In this document: one piece after another, positions 9,639-20,532 of the stretch | How the letters are laid out: each line of letters opens with the position of its first letter | Position numbering within the stretch: the stretch's first letter is position 1 | Origin: an uncultured delta proteobacterium | Lineage (GTDB): Bacteria > Myxococcota > Myxococcia > Myxococcales > Myxococcaceae | Assembly: GCA_963776345.1 (NCBI GenBank) | Contig: CAVZMH010000015.1 | Span: forward strand, 320,001 to 384,000 | Direction: 5' to 3' | DNA length: 64,000 nucleotides | Notes under the pieces: generated by a model | What the model was told of the DNA's origin: nothing | Seen by the model: the letters and a program-made list of their open reading frames with translations, nothing else | Databases searched by the model: none | Position numbers and translations under genes: made by a program

Positions 9639-10565
9639 CTAGCCAGGACCCTGCATCCGGCTCCGGGTGGCAGCCCGGGTCTCCTCCATCTCCTCGAGGC
9701 TCCGGGGCCAGTCCTCCTTGAGAAGCCGGGAGAGCGACCGGTCCGCCAGGAGACGCCCCCCGGTCTGGCAGGTGGCACAGTAGTTGGTCTCGTTGTCGGC
9801 GTGGACGATGCGCTGGACCGGCGAGCCGCAGTCCGGGCACGGTTTCCGGTACCGGCCGTGCACCGCCATGCCCTCGCGGAAGGCGGTCACCTTCTCCGGG
9901 AACCCGCTCCCCGCCTCCTCGCGCAGCCGGTCGGTCCAGCTCCGGAGCACGCTGCGGGTCGCCTCGTACAGGTGGCTGACCTGGTCGTCGTCGAGGCGCT
10001 GCGACAGCGCGACGGGGGACAGGCGCGCGGCGTGGAGGATCTCGTCCGAGTAGGCGTTGCCGATGCCGCTGAACAGCCGCGGGTCGGTGAGCGCGCGCTT
10101 GAGGGTGTGGTTCTCGCGGCGGAGCGCGGCGCCGAACTGCTCGAGGCTCGACTCCATCGGGTCGATGCCCCCGCGATCCAGCGCCCGGACCGCGTCCTCG
10201 CCTCGAAGGAGCCACAGCTGGGCTCGCTTCTTCGGGCTGGCCTCGGTGAGGACCAGCGTCCCGGCCGGGAAGTCGAAGGCGGCGAGGCCGACGCGGCCCG
10301 GCACCGGCGCGCCGCGCGGCCTCCAGTGCAGCCGTCCGGCGACCATGAGGTGGAGCACCAGGAACAGCCCGTCCTCCAGCACGAACACCAGACGCTTGCC
10401 CTGCCGGCGGAGCGCGGTCACCCGCTTGCCGAAGGCCTCCCGGAGCGGCGGCTCCGCGGTGCGGACGAGGGCCGGACCGCGCACCCGCACGCCCTCCAGC
10501 GGCTGACCGAGCACCCGCGGCGCGAGCGCTTCGAGGTAGACGGTGACGTCCGGGTACTCGGGCAC
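9639..10565 (-). CDS. Fpg/Nei family DNA glycosylase/AP lyase
   Basis: N-terminal MPE, GKRL, HLMVAG, H2TH motif GIGNAYSDEIL, zinc finger CPDC...CATCQ. Confidence 0.92.
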   Translation of the reverse strand: MPEYPDVTVYLEALAPRVLGQPLEGVRVRGPALVRTAEPPLREAFGKRVTALRRQGKRLVFVLEDGLFLVLHLMVAGRLHWRPRGAPVPGRVGLAAFDFPAGTLVLTEASPKKRAQLWLLRGEDAVRALDRGGIDPMESSLEQFGAALRRENHTLKRALTDPRLFSGIGNAYSDEILHAARLSPVALSQRLDDDQVSHLYEATRSVLRSWTDRLREEAGSGFPEKVTAFREGMAVHGRYRKPCPDCGSPVQRIVHADNETNYCATCQTGGRLLADRSLSRLLKEDWPRSLEEMEETRAATRSRMQGPG

Positions 10566-10583
10566 GTGGGTGAACCTCGCGGA

Positions 10584-10961
10584 TCAGCGGCCCCCGACCA
10601 TGCGCTGCACCACTGTCGGTGGGCCGACGATCTGCACGATCGTCGGTCTTGCGGCACTCTGCGGCGGCCGCGGGCACCTCCTCCGCCGTCAGCGCGGCGA
10701 GGGTAGCCGGATAGCGCTCCAGCGTGTCGTCCGGGAGGCCCGAAAGCCGCACGTCCGCGAGCTCCCGGCTCAGCCCGAAGGCGCGGCCATAGCGAAAGGC
10801 GGAGGTGACTCCCTCCCTCCACCGGTACCGGTTCAGGTCGTCTGGCGAGAGCGGCTCCTTCCCCAGAGCATCGACGTCGCGTCTCATCAGAGCAGCGACC
10901 CGGGCCAGCCCACGCTCCCCGTCGACGCGAGCACCAGGATCACCGCGCTGCTCCGCCTCAT
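10584..10961 (-). pseudogene. Probable internally deleted remnant of an exported M16 (insulinase-like) peptidase gene
   Basis: Strong RBS plus ATG and signal-like MRRSSAVILVLAS, joined out of frame to ...LPDDTLERYPATLAALTAEEV...IVQIVG, resembling an M16 C-terminus. Confidence 0.45.
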
Positions 10962-11008
10962 GTGTCTCCCCCTCCGGCGCATCGACCCCCGCGCCGTCGA
11001 CGCGCAGC

Positions 11009-11920
11009 TTAGGAGACCTTCTTCGCGGTCGGAAAGAAGCTCGGCAGCGACTCCCCGAGGAACGTCTTCAGCGCCCGCGCCGCGGCGTTCAGGTAGCTCT
11101 CGCCCCGGTGGAGCAGCGCCACCTGGCGCCGCACCCCGCCCTGCCCCACCTCCACCACCTCGAAGCCGCGGCCGGTGCGCTCGCGGGCCATGATCGACGG
11201 CAGGAGCGCGATGCCCAGCCCGCGCTCCACCATCCGCCGCATCGCCTCGGGGTTGTCCGTCTCCAGCACCACGTTCAGCGGCTCCCCCGCCGCCTCCGCC
11301 GCGGCCTCGAGCGCCCGCGTCCCGGCCACGGCGGGCATCACCACCAGCGGGAGCTGGAGCACGTCCCGCAGCGCCACCGGTTTCCTCGCCTCGGCCAGCG
11401 CGTGGCCGCGCGGGACCGCGAGCACGAAGTCCTCGCTCCACAGCTTCTGCTGGACGAGGTCCACCCGCCTGACCGGAAGCGTGAGCACCGCCAGGTCCAG
11501 CTCGCCCTTCGCCACCCGGTCCTCGAGCCCCTCCGACGTCTGCTCCACCAGCCGCAGCCGCACGTCCGGGTAGAGCTTGTGGAAGCGCGGGAGCAGCTCC
11601 GGGAGGAGGTACGCCCCCACCGTGGGCAACGTCCCCAGGGCGACCAGGCCGCTCGCCTTGCCGGCGAGCGCGGTCAGCTCGCTCGCCCCCCGCTGGAGCG
11701 CATCCAGCGCCCGCTGGGCATGGACCAGGTAGCGCTCGCCGGCGCTGGTCAGCACCACGCCCCGCGGCGTCCGCACCATGAGCCGTGTTCCCAGCTCCCG
11801 CTCCAGCGACTGTACCTGCCGGCTCAGTCCCGACTGTGACATCCCCAGCCTGCGGGCCGCGCTCACGAAGCGCTTCTCCTGCGCCAGGGTCAGGAACGCG
11901 CTGAGCTGGTCGGTCGTCAC
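11009..11920 (-). CDS. LysR family transcriptional regulator
   Basis: HTH FVSAARRLGMSQSGLSRQVQSLERELG, LT.AG, substrate-binding domain; divergent from an MFS gene. Confidence 0.93.
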   Translation of the reverse strand: MTTDQLSAFLTLAQEKRFVSAARRLGMSQSGLSRQVQSLERELGTRLMVRTPRGVVLTSAGERYLVHAQRALDALQRGASELTALAGKASGLVALGTLPTVGAYLLPELLPRFHKLYPDVRLRLVEQTSEGLEDRVAKGELDLAVLTLPVRRVDLVQQKLWSEDFVLAVPRGHALAEARKPVALRDVLQLPLVVMPAVAGTRALEAAAEAAGEPLNVVLETDNPEAMRRMVERGLGIALLPSIMARERTGRGFEVVEVGQGGVRRQVALLHRGESYLNAAARALKTFLGESLPSFFPTAKKVS

Positions 11921-11982
11921 GTGCGCTCCAAGGGTCACCTCGGGGAACAGCCCTCGCCAGGCGCAAGAACAGTATGCGTGTG

Positions 11983-11997
11983 ATGCGCCTCCTGCAT
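11983..11997. promoter_or_regulatory. Putative LTTR binding site (T-N11-A palindrome)
   Basis: ATGC-N7-GCAT (ATGCGCCTCCTGCAT) in the LysR/MFS divergent intergenic region. Confidence 0.6.
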
Positions 11998-12026
11998 GGG
12001 ATTTTCGAGATTAAGTCCAATCGAGC

Positions 12027-13421
12027 ATGGAGACCCCGAGCACCCACATCGCCTGGCAGGCGGCGGCCCCCGGCCCCGAGCGGCGCCGCGCCACCGCCGC
12101 GGTCCTGCTCGCGCTGGTGGTGGCGGCCTTCGAGACGACGGTGGTCACCACCGCGATGCCCACGCTCACCGCGGAGCTCAACGGGCGCGCGCTCTACGCC
12201 TGGGTGTTCACCGGGTTCCTGCTGGCGAGCACCCTCGGGGTGCTCCTCGGAGGCCGCCTCTCGGACCGGCTGGGCCGCCGGGCGACCTTCGTCGCCGGGA
12301 TGGGGCTGTTCCTGCTCGGGTCGGTGCTCTGCGGCTTCTCCACCAGCGTGCCGATGCTGGTCGGCTTCCGCATCCTCCAGGGGCTGGGCGCCGGGGCCGT
12401 GCAGCCGACGACCCTCACCATCAGCTCCGACCTGTACACGCTCGAGGAGCGCGTCACCATCCAGAGCGTCTTCACCGGCGCCTGGGGCCTGGCCTCGGTC
12501 GTCGGCCCGGTCGTGGGTGGGCTCCTGGTGGAGCACCTCGGGTGGCGGTCGGTGTTCTGGGTGAACGTCCCGGTGGGGCTCCTCGCCGTGGTGATGCTCC
12601 GGCGCTCCTACCGCGATCCACCGCGCCGCGAGGGCAGCCGGCTCGAGCTCGGCGGTCCGGCGCTGGGCGCGCTCTCCATGGCGCTGCTCCTCCTGGCCCT
12701 CGAGCCCGCGGCCCTCCCCGTCGCCGCGCGCGCGGCCGTCGTGCTCGCCGCGGCGGCGGCTGCGTGGGCCTTCGTCCGCCAGCAGCGCCGGAGCGCCGAC
12801 CCGCTGGCGCCCCCGGCGACCCTCCGCGACCCGACGGTGCGCGCGGGGCTCCTGGGGGGCCTGGCCTCGGGCGGCGTGCTCTACACGCTCAGCGCCTACG
12901 TGCCGCTGTGGATGATCTCGCACCGCGGGCACTCGGCCGTCGGCGCCGGCGTGGCGCTGGTCCCGCTCCTCACCGGCTGGGCGCTGGGCAGCTCCTTCGG
13001 GGTGAGGCTCCTGCTCCGGGGCGGGCTCCGGGCCTCGGCGGGTCTGGGCTTCCTGCTCGCCGGGACGGGCGCGGCGCTCTTCGGACTGGCGCTCGGCCAC
13101 GGCGCGGCGGACGGCTGGCTCTACGTGGCGCTCGGGCTCCTGGGCATCGGCCTCGGTCCGGCGGCGAGCACCTGCATCATCGCGCCGCAGGCCCGGGTGC
13201 GCTGGGAACAGCGCGGGGCGATCACCAGCGCCGTCTACGCCTGCCGGATGCTCGGGGGCAGCCTGGCCATCGCGGTGGTGAACCTCCTCGGCGGCTCCGA
13301 GCCCCGTCAGGTCTTGCTGGTGGTGGGAATCGCCGCCGCCGGCGCGCTGGCCATCGCGCGGCTCGCTCCGGGCGCGCGGACCGGCGGACGGGCAGCGCTC
13401 GCCGCGCCCGTCCTCGAGTGA
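12027..13421 (+). CDS. MFS drug:H+ antiporter (DHA2-like)
   Basis: ETTVVTTAMPT, GRLSDRLGRR motif A, FRILQGLGAG and GPVVGG motifs. Confidence 0.92.
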   Translation: METPSTHIAWQAAAPGPERRRATAAVLLALVVAAFETTVVTTAMPTLTAELNGRALYAWVFTGFLLASTLGVLLGGRLSDRLGRRATFVAGMGLFLLGSVLCGFSTSVPMLVGFRILQGLGAGAVQPTTLTISSDLYTLEERVTIQSVFTGAWGLASVVGPVVGGLLVEHLGWRSVFWVNVPVGLLAVVMLRRSYRDPPRREGSRLELGGPALGALSMALLLLALEPAALPVAARAAVVLAAAAAAWAFVRQQRRSADPLAPPATLRDPTVRAGLLGGLASGGVLYTLSAYVPLWMISHRGHSAVGAGVALVPLLTGWALGSSFGVRLLLRGGLRASAGLGFLLAGTGAALFGLALGHGAADGWLYVALGLLGIGLGPAASTCIIAPQARVRWEQRGAITSAVYACRMLGGSLAIAVVNLLGGSEPRQVLLVVGIAAAGALAIARLAPGARTGGRAALAAPVLE

Positions 13422-13428
13422 CCGTCCC

Positions 13429-14685
13429 TCAGGGCCGCTCGAGCCACGCCCCGCGCAGGAGCACTCCCCGCGGGTGACGGAGCACGCCCACGCCCTGCCG
13501 CGGGTCCCCGGGCACGAGTACCAGGTCCGCGCGGGAGCCGGGAGCCACCGTGCCGATCTCCCTCACCCTGCCCAGGAACTCGGCGGCGGACGAGGTGGCC
13601 GCCTGCAGCGCCTCGAGCGGGCTGAGGCCGGAGGCCACGAGCTCCTCCAGCTCGTCGTGCAGCGACGTCCCGGCCTCCGTGGCGCCGATGCCCGAGTCGG
13701 TTCCGGCGAGGAGCCGGGCGCCCGCGGAATGGAGCGCTCCCACCAGCAGGCGGCGGCGGTGGCTCGCCTCGGCTGCGGCCGGACCCGCGCCCATCAGCAC
13801 CTTCACCACCGTCATCGTCGGGCAGTTCCAGGTGCCTGCGCGCGCGGTCGCCTGCGCCAGCACGGGCATCTCGGCGAGGACCACCGAGGCCCAACGCTCC
13901 GCGGGCGTTTCACCCAGCCCGTCGAGCGCGAGGTCGTACCCCGTGAGGTGCTCGATGGAGAGCATTCGCCGATCCAGGGCGCGCTGGAGCGGAACCGCGA
14001 ACGGCACGTGCCCGAGGAGGCGGATCCCGCGGGCATCCGCGGCGTCGGCCAGCGCCTCGAACACCGGCGCGTCGAGGTGCGAGTAGACCTTCACCCATCG
14101 CCAGCCCTCGCCGGCGAGCCGGGCGACCAGCGCGTCTGCCTGGGCCGGATCGGTGATCAGCTGGGTGTACGGCCAGGGCGAGCCGGGGCCGTCGACACCG
14201 GGCGACGCGGATTCGACGGTCGGCGCCACCGTGCCGTCCCGGACCAGCGCGGCGGCCGCCTCGAGCAGACCTGGCGCCCCCCACATGTTGCGCACGGTGG
14301 TGATGCCCTCGTCGACGTAGCGGGCGAGCTCGGCGGAGCGGGCGTGCACGTGGGAATCGACGAGCCCGGGGACCAGCGTCCCCCCGGCGACGTCGACCGA
14401 CGCGGCCCCCGGGGGAACCGCGACCGTCCCGTCCGCACCCACCGCCACGATCCGGTCTCCCGAGACGAGCACCGTCCGGCCGGCCTGGAGCACCCCGGTC
14501 TCCGGCTCCAGCACCGCGGCGTGGACGAAGGCGATGCTGCCCGGCGGGAGGACCGTCCGGAGCGGAGGGACCCCACTCGTGCCGCCCGATCCGCCGTCGC
14601 CCGCCCCGGGTCCGGCGGGGGACCGGGATCCGGAACAGCCGGCGAGCGTGAGGAGCACCAGCACCGACCGGAGCGAGCGGGCCAT
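13429..14685 (-). CDS. Amidohydrolase family lipoprotein
   Basis: Lipobox LAGC; PGLVDSHVH, VKVY, GHVP, SIEH, AGTD and GSRADLV motifs. Confidence 0.88.
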   Translation of the reverse strand: MARSLRSVLVLLTLAGCSGSRSPAGPGAGDGGSGGTSGVPPLRTVLPPGSIAFVHAAVLEPETGVLQAGRTVLVSGDRIVAVGADGTVAVPPGAASVDVAGGTLVPGLVDSHVHARSAELARYVDEGITTVRNMWGAPGLLEAAAALVRDGTVAPTVESASPGVDGPGSPWPYTQLITDPAQADALVARLAGEGWRWVKVYSHLDAPVFEALADAADARGIRLLGHVPFAVPLQRALDRRMLSIEHLTGYDLALDGLGETPAERWASVVLAEMPVLAQATARAGTWNCPTMTVVKVLMGAGPAAAEASHRRRLLVGALHSAGARLLAGTDSGIGATEAGTSLHDELEELVASGLSPLEALQAATSSAAEFLGRVREIGTVAPGSRADLVLVPGDPRQGVGVLRHPRGVLLRGAWLERP

Positions 14686-14761
14686 CGGGGCGCGATTCTC
14701 CACCGGCGAGGGCCCGGTCCGCACTGGTGTCTTTGCACCCGTTGTGAAGGACTGGCGCCGC

Positions 14762-15874
14762 ATGGACCCGCTCGTCCTCGAGAAGGCCTCCGTCCTCTGC
14801 TACCGGCTGTACGACGTGGCGGACGAGATCGACCTGGGCGTCGCCGAGTCGCTCCTGGCCCGTGACGCGCGACGGCTCCGGCTGAGCCGCTCCGGGGCGG
14901 AGTTCCTGCTCCTCCCCAACCCCCCGCTGGTGGTCCGCCTGGGACGGCACTGGCTCGCGCTGCCCGGGGGCCGGGTGGAGGTGGAGGCCCGGGCCCGGCT
15001 GTTCGACTTCGGAGCCGCGTCCATCGTGCTCGGCGTCCCGGTCGCGCCGGGGACGGCGCTGGAGGCGCTGACCCCCACCGCCGACCGGCTCTACGACGGC
15101 CCGGAGGTGGATGCGCTCGCGCGGGAGCTGGTGGACGGGCTGCTGCGCGCGGTGGCCCCGGCGCTGGGAAATCCCCACTTCTGGAGCCAGGCCGAGAGCT
15201 ACGCCGTGGTCTTCGTCGAGGCGGTCCGGGGCGCCCCTTCCGCCGACGAGGTGCTGGAGGGAACGGACCTCGCCCGGCTCCTCCTCGGCGAGACGTCGGT
15301 CCCGGAGCTTTCGGAGGGTGAACGAGCCGACGTGACCCATCGGCACTTCAGCTACGGGGTGAACGACCTGGTGGTCATCGACTGGAACGCGGCCTTCGTC
15401 TACGAGCCATCCGGCTCGGAGGACATCCCGGACATTCTGGAGATCGCCAACGCCCAGCTGCTCGAGCTCCGCTACTACGACGAGGTGCTGGATCAGCGCC
15501 TGGCCCGGGTGAACGAGACCCTGAAGCGGAAGCGAGGAAAGCTCGGCTCCTTCTTTCGCAGCCCCTACCCCGCCCTGGCCCGGCGGGTCCAGGTGACGCT
15601 GCTGGAGATGAACGAGTTCATCGAGCGGATCGAGAACTCCTTGAAGATCATCGGCGACTTCTACCTGGCCAAGGTCTACGAGGCGGCGGTGGAGCGTCTG
15701 CGCATCCCGGCGTGGAAGGCCTCGGTCACCCGGAAGCAGCAGATGCTGGGCCAGGTGTACGGCTGGCTCAAGGGCGAGGTGGACACCGCGCGCTCGCTCA
15801 CCCTCGAGCTGATGGTGGTGCTGCTGATCGTCCTCGAGCTCCTGGTCGCGGCGAGCTCGATCTTCCGTCACTGA
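14762..15874 (+). CDS. Hypothetical protein, RMD1/DUF155-like, with C-terminal TM
   Basis: Coding-like GC3; YRLYDVADEIDL, ANAQLLELRYYD; terminal LELMVVLLIVLELL. Confidence 0.65.
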   Translation: MDPLVLEKASVLCYRLYDVADEIDLGVAESLLARDARRLRLSRSGAEFLLLPNPPLVVRLGRHWLALPGGRVEVEARARLFDFGAASIVLGVPVAPGTALEALTPTADRLYDGPEVDALARELVDGLLRAVAPALGNPHFWSQAESYAVVFVEAVRGAPSADEVLEGTDLARLLLGETSVPELSEGERADVTHRHFSYGVNDLVVIDWNAAFVYEPSGSEDIPDILEIANAQLLELRYYDEVLDQRLARVNETLKRKRGKLGSFFRSPYPALARRVQVTLLEMNEFIERIENSLKIIGDFYLAKVYEAAVERLRIPAWKASVTRKQQMLGQVYGWLKGEVDTARSLTLELMVVLLIVLELLVAASSIFRH

Positions 15875-15915
15875 GGGGCTTCCCCCGGGGGCGCTCGGGG
15901 CCTGCGCCCGCGGGA

Positions 15916-16332
15916 TCAGACGCCGCCGTCGACCACCTGGGGCGTCTCGCAGGCGACCACCCCCGCATCGCCCGGAGGGCAGACCGGACAGCTCGCGCCG
16001 GGGAGCCACCGCTCGGGGTCGGTGCCGAACATCCCCGGGGTGGCCTGGAGCGCGCCAGGCAGATCGGGATCCGAGATGAATCGCGGCGCGCCGGGAGACT
16101 GCGTCGCCACCAGCGCGTCCCCGTCGCTCACCCACTCCTGGTAGACGGTGAAGCTCTGGTCGCAGCCGAGGTCGAGCAGCTCGAGGACGTTGGGGTCGGT
16201 GAAGCGGAGGTTCTCGATGCGCCCGGCGTGTTCGAGATGGAACCAGCCGTCGAACCCCGAGGGGACCGAGCTCCCCCAGAGGCGGCAGGACGCCAGCATG
16301 CCGAGGGCCAGCAGGGGCATGAGCCGTCTCAT
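15916..16332 (-). CDS. Hypothetical lipoprotein
   Basis: MRRLMPLLALGMLASC lipobox; ATGA overlap with the MMPL stop; C-terminal CPVC...C. Confidence 0.7.
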   Translation of the reverse strand: MRRLMPLLALGMLASCRLWGSSVPSGFDGWFHLEHAGRIENLRFTDPNVLELLDLGCDQSFTVYQEWVSDGDALVATQSPGAPRFISDPDLPGALQATPGMFGTDPERWLPGASCPVCPPGDAGVVACETPQVVDGGV

Positions 16333-18887
16333 CCTCCGGGAACCTCCCGCGGCGTGCGCGACGGCAGATGGTCGTCCGTCCGCTCGTGCCGCACCCGCTC
16401 CCGCCACATCAGCCAGCCCGGGAGCGCCACCATCGCGGCCACCAGGCAGGACACCTCGCCGAGCACCGCGATGAGGCCCAGCGAGCGCACCGCCTGGTTC
16501 ACCGAGCCGAGCAGCGCCAGGTACCCCAGGGTGGTGGTCAGGCTGTTGAGCACCACCGCGCCACCGGTGGAGCGCATGGCGGGAATGACGCCGCCTCCGT
16601 TGAGCACCCGCTGCATCACGTTGACCGCGTAGTCCACCCCGATGCCGAAGGTGATGGGCAGGGCCACGAAGTTGAAGAAGTTGATCTTGATGCGTCCGAG
16701 GAAGAGCAGAAGCATCAGCCACAGGAGCCCCACCGCGAGCGAGCCCACCACCTCGAGCGCCGCCCTTCCCCGCCCGAAGGCGAGGAAGACGGTGAGGATG
16801 GTCAGCGACAGGGAGACCGCGGCCGCCTTGGGGATGTCGTTGAGGACCGCGTCCAGGATGTCCGCGAAGATGACCGCCCTGCCGGACCCGCGGATGACGT
16901 CCCCGTTGGGCAGCTTGGTCAGCCGGAAGCTGTCCGCAAAGCGCAGGAGGTAGTGCAGGTCGTTGTCGTCCTTGCCGTTGGTCGGGGTGATGAAGACCAG
17001 CCGTCCGCGCGTGCCGTCCACCTCCGAGAAGGGACGGGCCAGGTCCTCGGGCAGGTCGGCCAGGGTGTAAGGCTTGAGGTTCTCCGGAGGGATCAGCTCC
17101 TTCATCTCCGCCCAGTCGGCGTCGGAGATGCCGCCCTGGCGGCGGGCCTTGAGAAGCTTCTTCCGGACCTCCTCGAGGATCGGAATCTTCGCCGCCTGGT
17201 CCGGGGGGACGAAGTCCTGGAGGGTGTGGACGCCCTCGAACGGCTTGAGCTCCGGGGGCACCGCGTCCCGCCGCTGCTCCAGCGCCCTCACCAGATCGGG
17301 CACCTCGTCGGCCGAGTTGGCGAGCACCACCATTCCGCTCTCGGTGTTGTTGCCCAGCACGTCGGCGGCGCGCGCCGCGACCCGGTACAGCGCCTTCCCG
17401 CCGCCCAGGTCGTTCTGCATGTGCCGCATGTCGTAGTCGATGGGGTCCGCGCGGAGCCAGAGGGCGAACGCCACCGCCCCGGCCACGGCGAGCACCAGCG
17501 AGCCCACGGCCATGGCCCTGGGCGCCCTGGAGACCAGGAACACGAAGGGCCGCTCGTACGCCGACGGCCGCTGCCGCCAGCGATGGAACCAGTTGTGCGA
17601 CTTCCCGGGGCCGTGGATGGGCCAGCGGCGGTCCTGGAGGACCAGCACCGCCGGGGCGAGGAGGTACGTCGCCAGCCAGCAGAGCAGCATCCCCGAGGTG
17701 CCGATGAAGGCGAAGTGCTTGAAGCCGTGGAACTGGGTGACCGCGAGGCTCCCGTAGGCCGCGGCGGCCGCCAGCGCGGCAGTGAGGGTCCCGACCCAGG
17801 TTGCGAGATGCGCCTGCTTGATGGCCGTCTCGAGGTCCTGGCCGCGGCGGCGCTCCTCGAGGAACCGCGCCACGTAGAGGATGCCGAAGTTGATGCCGTT
17901 CCCGGCGATGATTGACACCAGGAAGCCGGTGATGACGTTGAGGTGGCCGATCGCCAGCCGGGTGAGGCCGAAGGTGAAGGTGAGCCCGGCGAGCATCGTC
18001 ACCGTCATCGGCACCAGCACCCGGAAGCGGCGGTAGTAGATGAAGATGACGCCCAGGATGAGCGCGACGCCGGTCACGCCCACGCTCACCAGGTCGTCGA
18101 GCACCGCGCCGTACTCGTACAGCCCGGTGACCAGGTCGCCGGCGTAGCCGATCTTGATGCCGCGGGACTCGGCGTCGGGGAGGGTCTGCTGGACGACCTC
18201 CTTCACCTTCGTGAGCGCCTCGCGCGAGCGCTCCAGCTCGCCGGTGGTGACGCCGGTCCGGACCAGCACCACCAGCGACTTGCCGTCCTTGGACTGGAAG
18301 AACCCGTCCGGGTAGCGGTCCTTGGCGGCCTCGAGCGTGGCCGACTTCCCGCCGAGGAACTTCTCCTTGAGCTCGGCGAAGGTCGGCGCCTTCTGCTCTT
18401 CGTCGTCGTCCTCGAGGCCGAGCGACAGCGCCTTGCCGACCGCCTTCTTGCGCTGGGTGTCGAGCTCTTTGTTGAGCTTCTGGAGGTCCTGGACGCCGGC
18501 GAACAGGCCCGAGCGAGGGAGCAGGAAGTCCCGGGCGACCTGGACGCCGTCCTCGGCGCTGACCACCAGGGGCGGACCGATGGCCCGGAGCGGCTTGAGG
18601 AGCGAGCCGCCGATCGAGCGCAGCGTGTTCCGGTCAGCTCCTTCGAGGAGGACGAAGATGCTCGAGCTTCCGGCCGTGCGCTCGCTCAGTCGCTTGAGCT
18701 CCAGCACCGAGGGCTGGTCGTCCGGGAGCAGCTGGTCGAACCGCGTCCGCAGCTCGAGCCCGCGGGCGAGCCAGCCGCCGGTCACAGTCAGGGCCAGCCC
18801 GAGGAGCAGCACCTGCCAGGGCGCGCGCAGCTGCCAGGCCGCGAGCCGCAGCAGGAGCCGCTCGATGACGCTGTGCTGCTGGGGCAA
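16329..18887 (-). CDS. MMPL/RND family lipid transporter (HpnN-like architecture)
   Basis: Duplicated TM bundles and two periplasmic domains; GNGINFGI and GIGVDYAV motifs; TTG start after GGGAGG. Confidence 0.9.
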   Translation of the reverse strand: MPQQHSVIERLLLRLAAWQLRAPWQVLLLGLALTVTGGWLARGLELRTRFDQLLPDDQPSVLELKRLSERTAGSSSIFVLLEGADRNTLRSIGGSLLKPLRAIGPPLVVSAEDGVQVARDFLLPRSGLFAGVQDLQKLNKELDTQRKKAVGKALSLGLEDDDEEQKAPTFAELKEKFLGGKSATLEAAKDRYPDGFFQSKDGKSLVVLVRTGVTTGELERSREALTKVKEVVQQTLPDAESRGIKIGYAGDLVTGLYEYGAVLDDLVSVGVTGVALILGVIFIYYRRFRVLVPMTVTMLAGLTFTFGLTRLAIGHLNVITGFLVSIIAGNGINFGILYVARFLEERRRGQDLETAIKQAHLATWVGTLTAALAAAAAYGSLAVTQFHGFKHFAFIGTSGMLLCWLATYLLAPAVLVLQDRRWPIHGPGKSHNWFHRWRQRPSAYERPFVFLVSRAPRAMAVGSLVLAVAGAVAFALWLRADPIDYDMRHMQNDLGGGKALYRVAARAADVLGNNTESGMVVLANSADEVPDLVRALEQRRDAVPPELKPFEGVHTLQDFVPPDQAAKIPILEEVRKKLLKARRQGGISDADWAEMKELIPPENLKPYTLADLPEDLARPFSEVDGTRGRLVFITPTNGKDDNDLHYLLRFADSFRLTKLPNGDVIRGSGRAVIFADILDAVLNDIPKAAAVSLSLTILTVFLAFGRGRAALEVVGSLAVGLLWLMLLLFLGRIKINFFNFVALPITFGIGVDYAVNVMQRVLNGGGVIPAMRSTGGAVVLNSLTTTLGYLALLGSVNQAVRSLGLIAVLGEVSCLVAAMVALPGWLMWRERVRHERTDDHLPSRTPREVPGG

Positions 18888-19003
18888 TGCGCGAGCTCCC
18901 CTCCCGCTGGGCACAACCGCCGGCGGAGGATGTCACGCCACCAGGCGCTCGGCCACAAAACGTGGCGGACCCCGGTTGACCAGCTCACTGGCTCGCGGGC
19001 GGC

Positions 19004-19923
<920 letters not shown>

Positions 19924-19927
<4 letters not shown>

Positions 19928-20532
19928 GTACGAGGACTCCTTCTGGGGGATGGCGCTGCCGCTCGGTGGCCCAGGATCCACTCGGCGAAGTCTCGAAAGG
20001 CTCCGTGTCCGCCCGGGGCGGAGCAAACGTGAATAACTGCCCCCAGGACGCTCGGCAAGGCATCTGCCGGGGCGGCGGTCAAGCCCTGGGCGGTCAGGAC
20101 GTCGAGGACCTCGAGATCATTCACGTCGTCCCCGATGAAGCCAACTTCGGCCAGGGTCAACCCTTCCTTCTGGCAGAGGGCGCGGACAGCCCCGAGCTTG
20201 TCCTTGACCCCGAGCAGGACGTGCCGGAGCCCCAGCTTCTCGGCCCGCCGCAGCACCGAGGGCGACTGCTCCCCGGTGACGATGCCGGTCTCCACCCCGG
20301 CGTTGCGGAGCCGCTCGACCCCCATCCCGTCACGGATGCTGAAGCGCTTCAGCTCCTCGCCCCGCTCCGAGTAGTACACCCCTGTATCGGTCAGCACCCC
20401 GTCGCTGTCGGTGAGCACCAGGCGGATCTGCGCCGCACGCCGGGCCAGGTCCCGGGCCGAGAGCGCGCCCTTCGGCACCTGGGCGCGCCGGGCCACGGGG
20501 CCACGGCGGGGAGCGGCGCGGGAACGACTCAC
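19924..20532 (-). CDS. KdsC-family HAD phosphatase (Kdo-8-P / nonulosonate-9-P phosphatase)
   Basis: [25 protein letters not shown] and GGHGAFRDF motifs; overlaps both neighbours by 4 nt. Confidence 0.9.

Noticed and set aside
8296..10887. Apparent large fusion ORFs (also 22563-25658, 24332-27361, 27417-30545, 36486-38969, 42701-45082)
   Set aside because: Open off-frame or antisense stretches running through neighbouring genes; only one end is real coding sequence, and the real genes have their own starts
11009..11920. OxyR call for the LysR regulator
   Set aside because: The protein has no Cys, so the redox-active pair is absent
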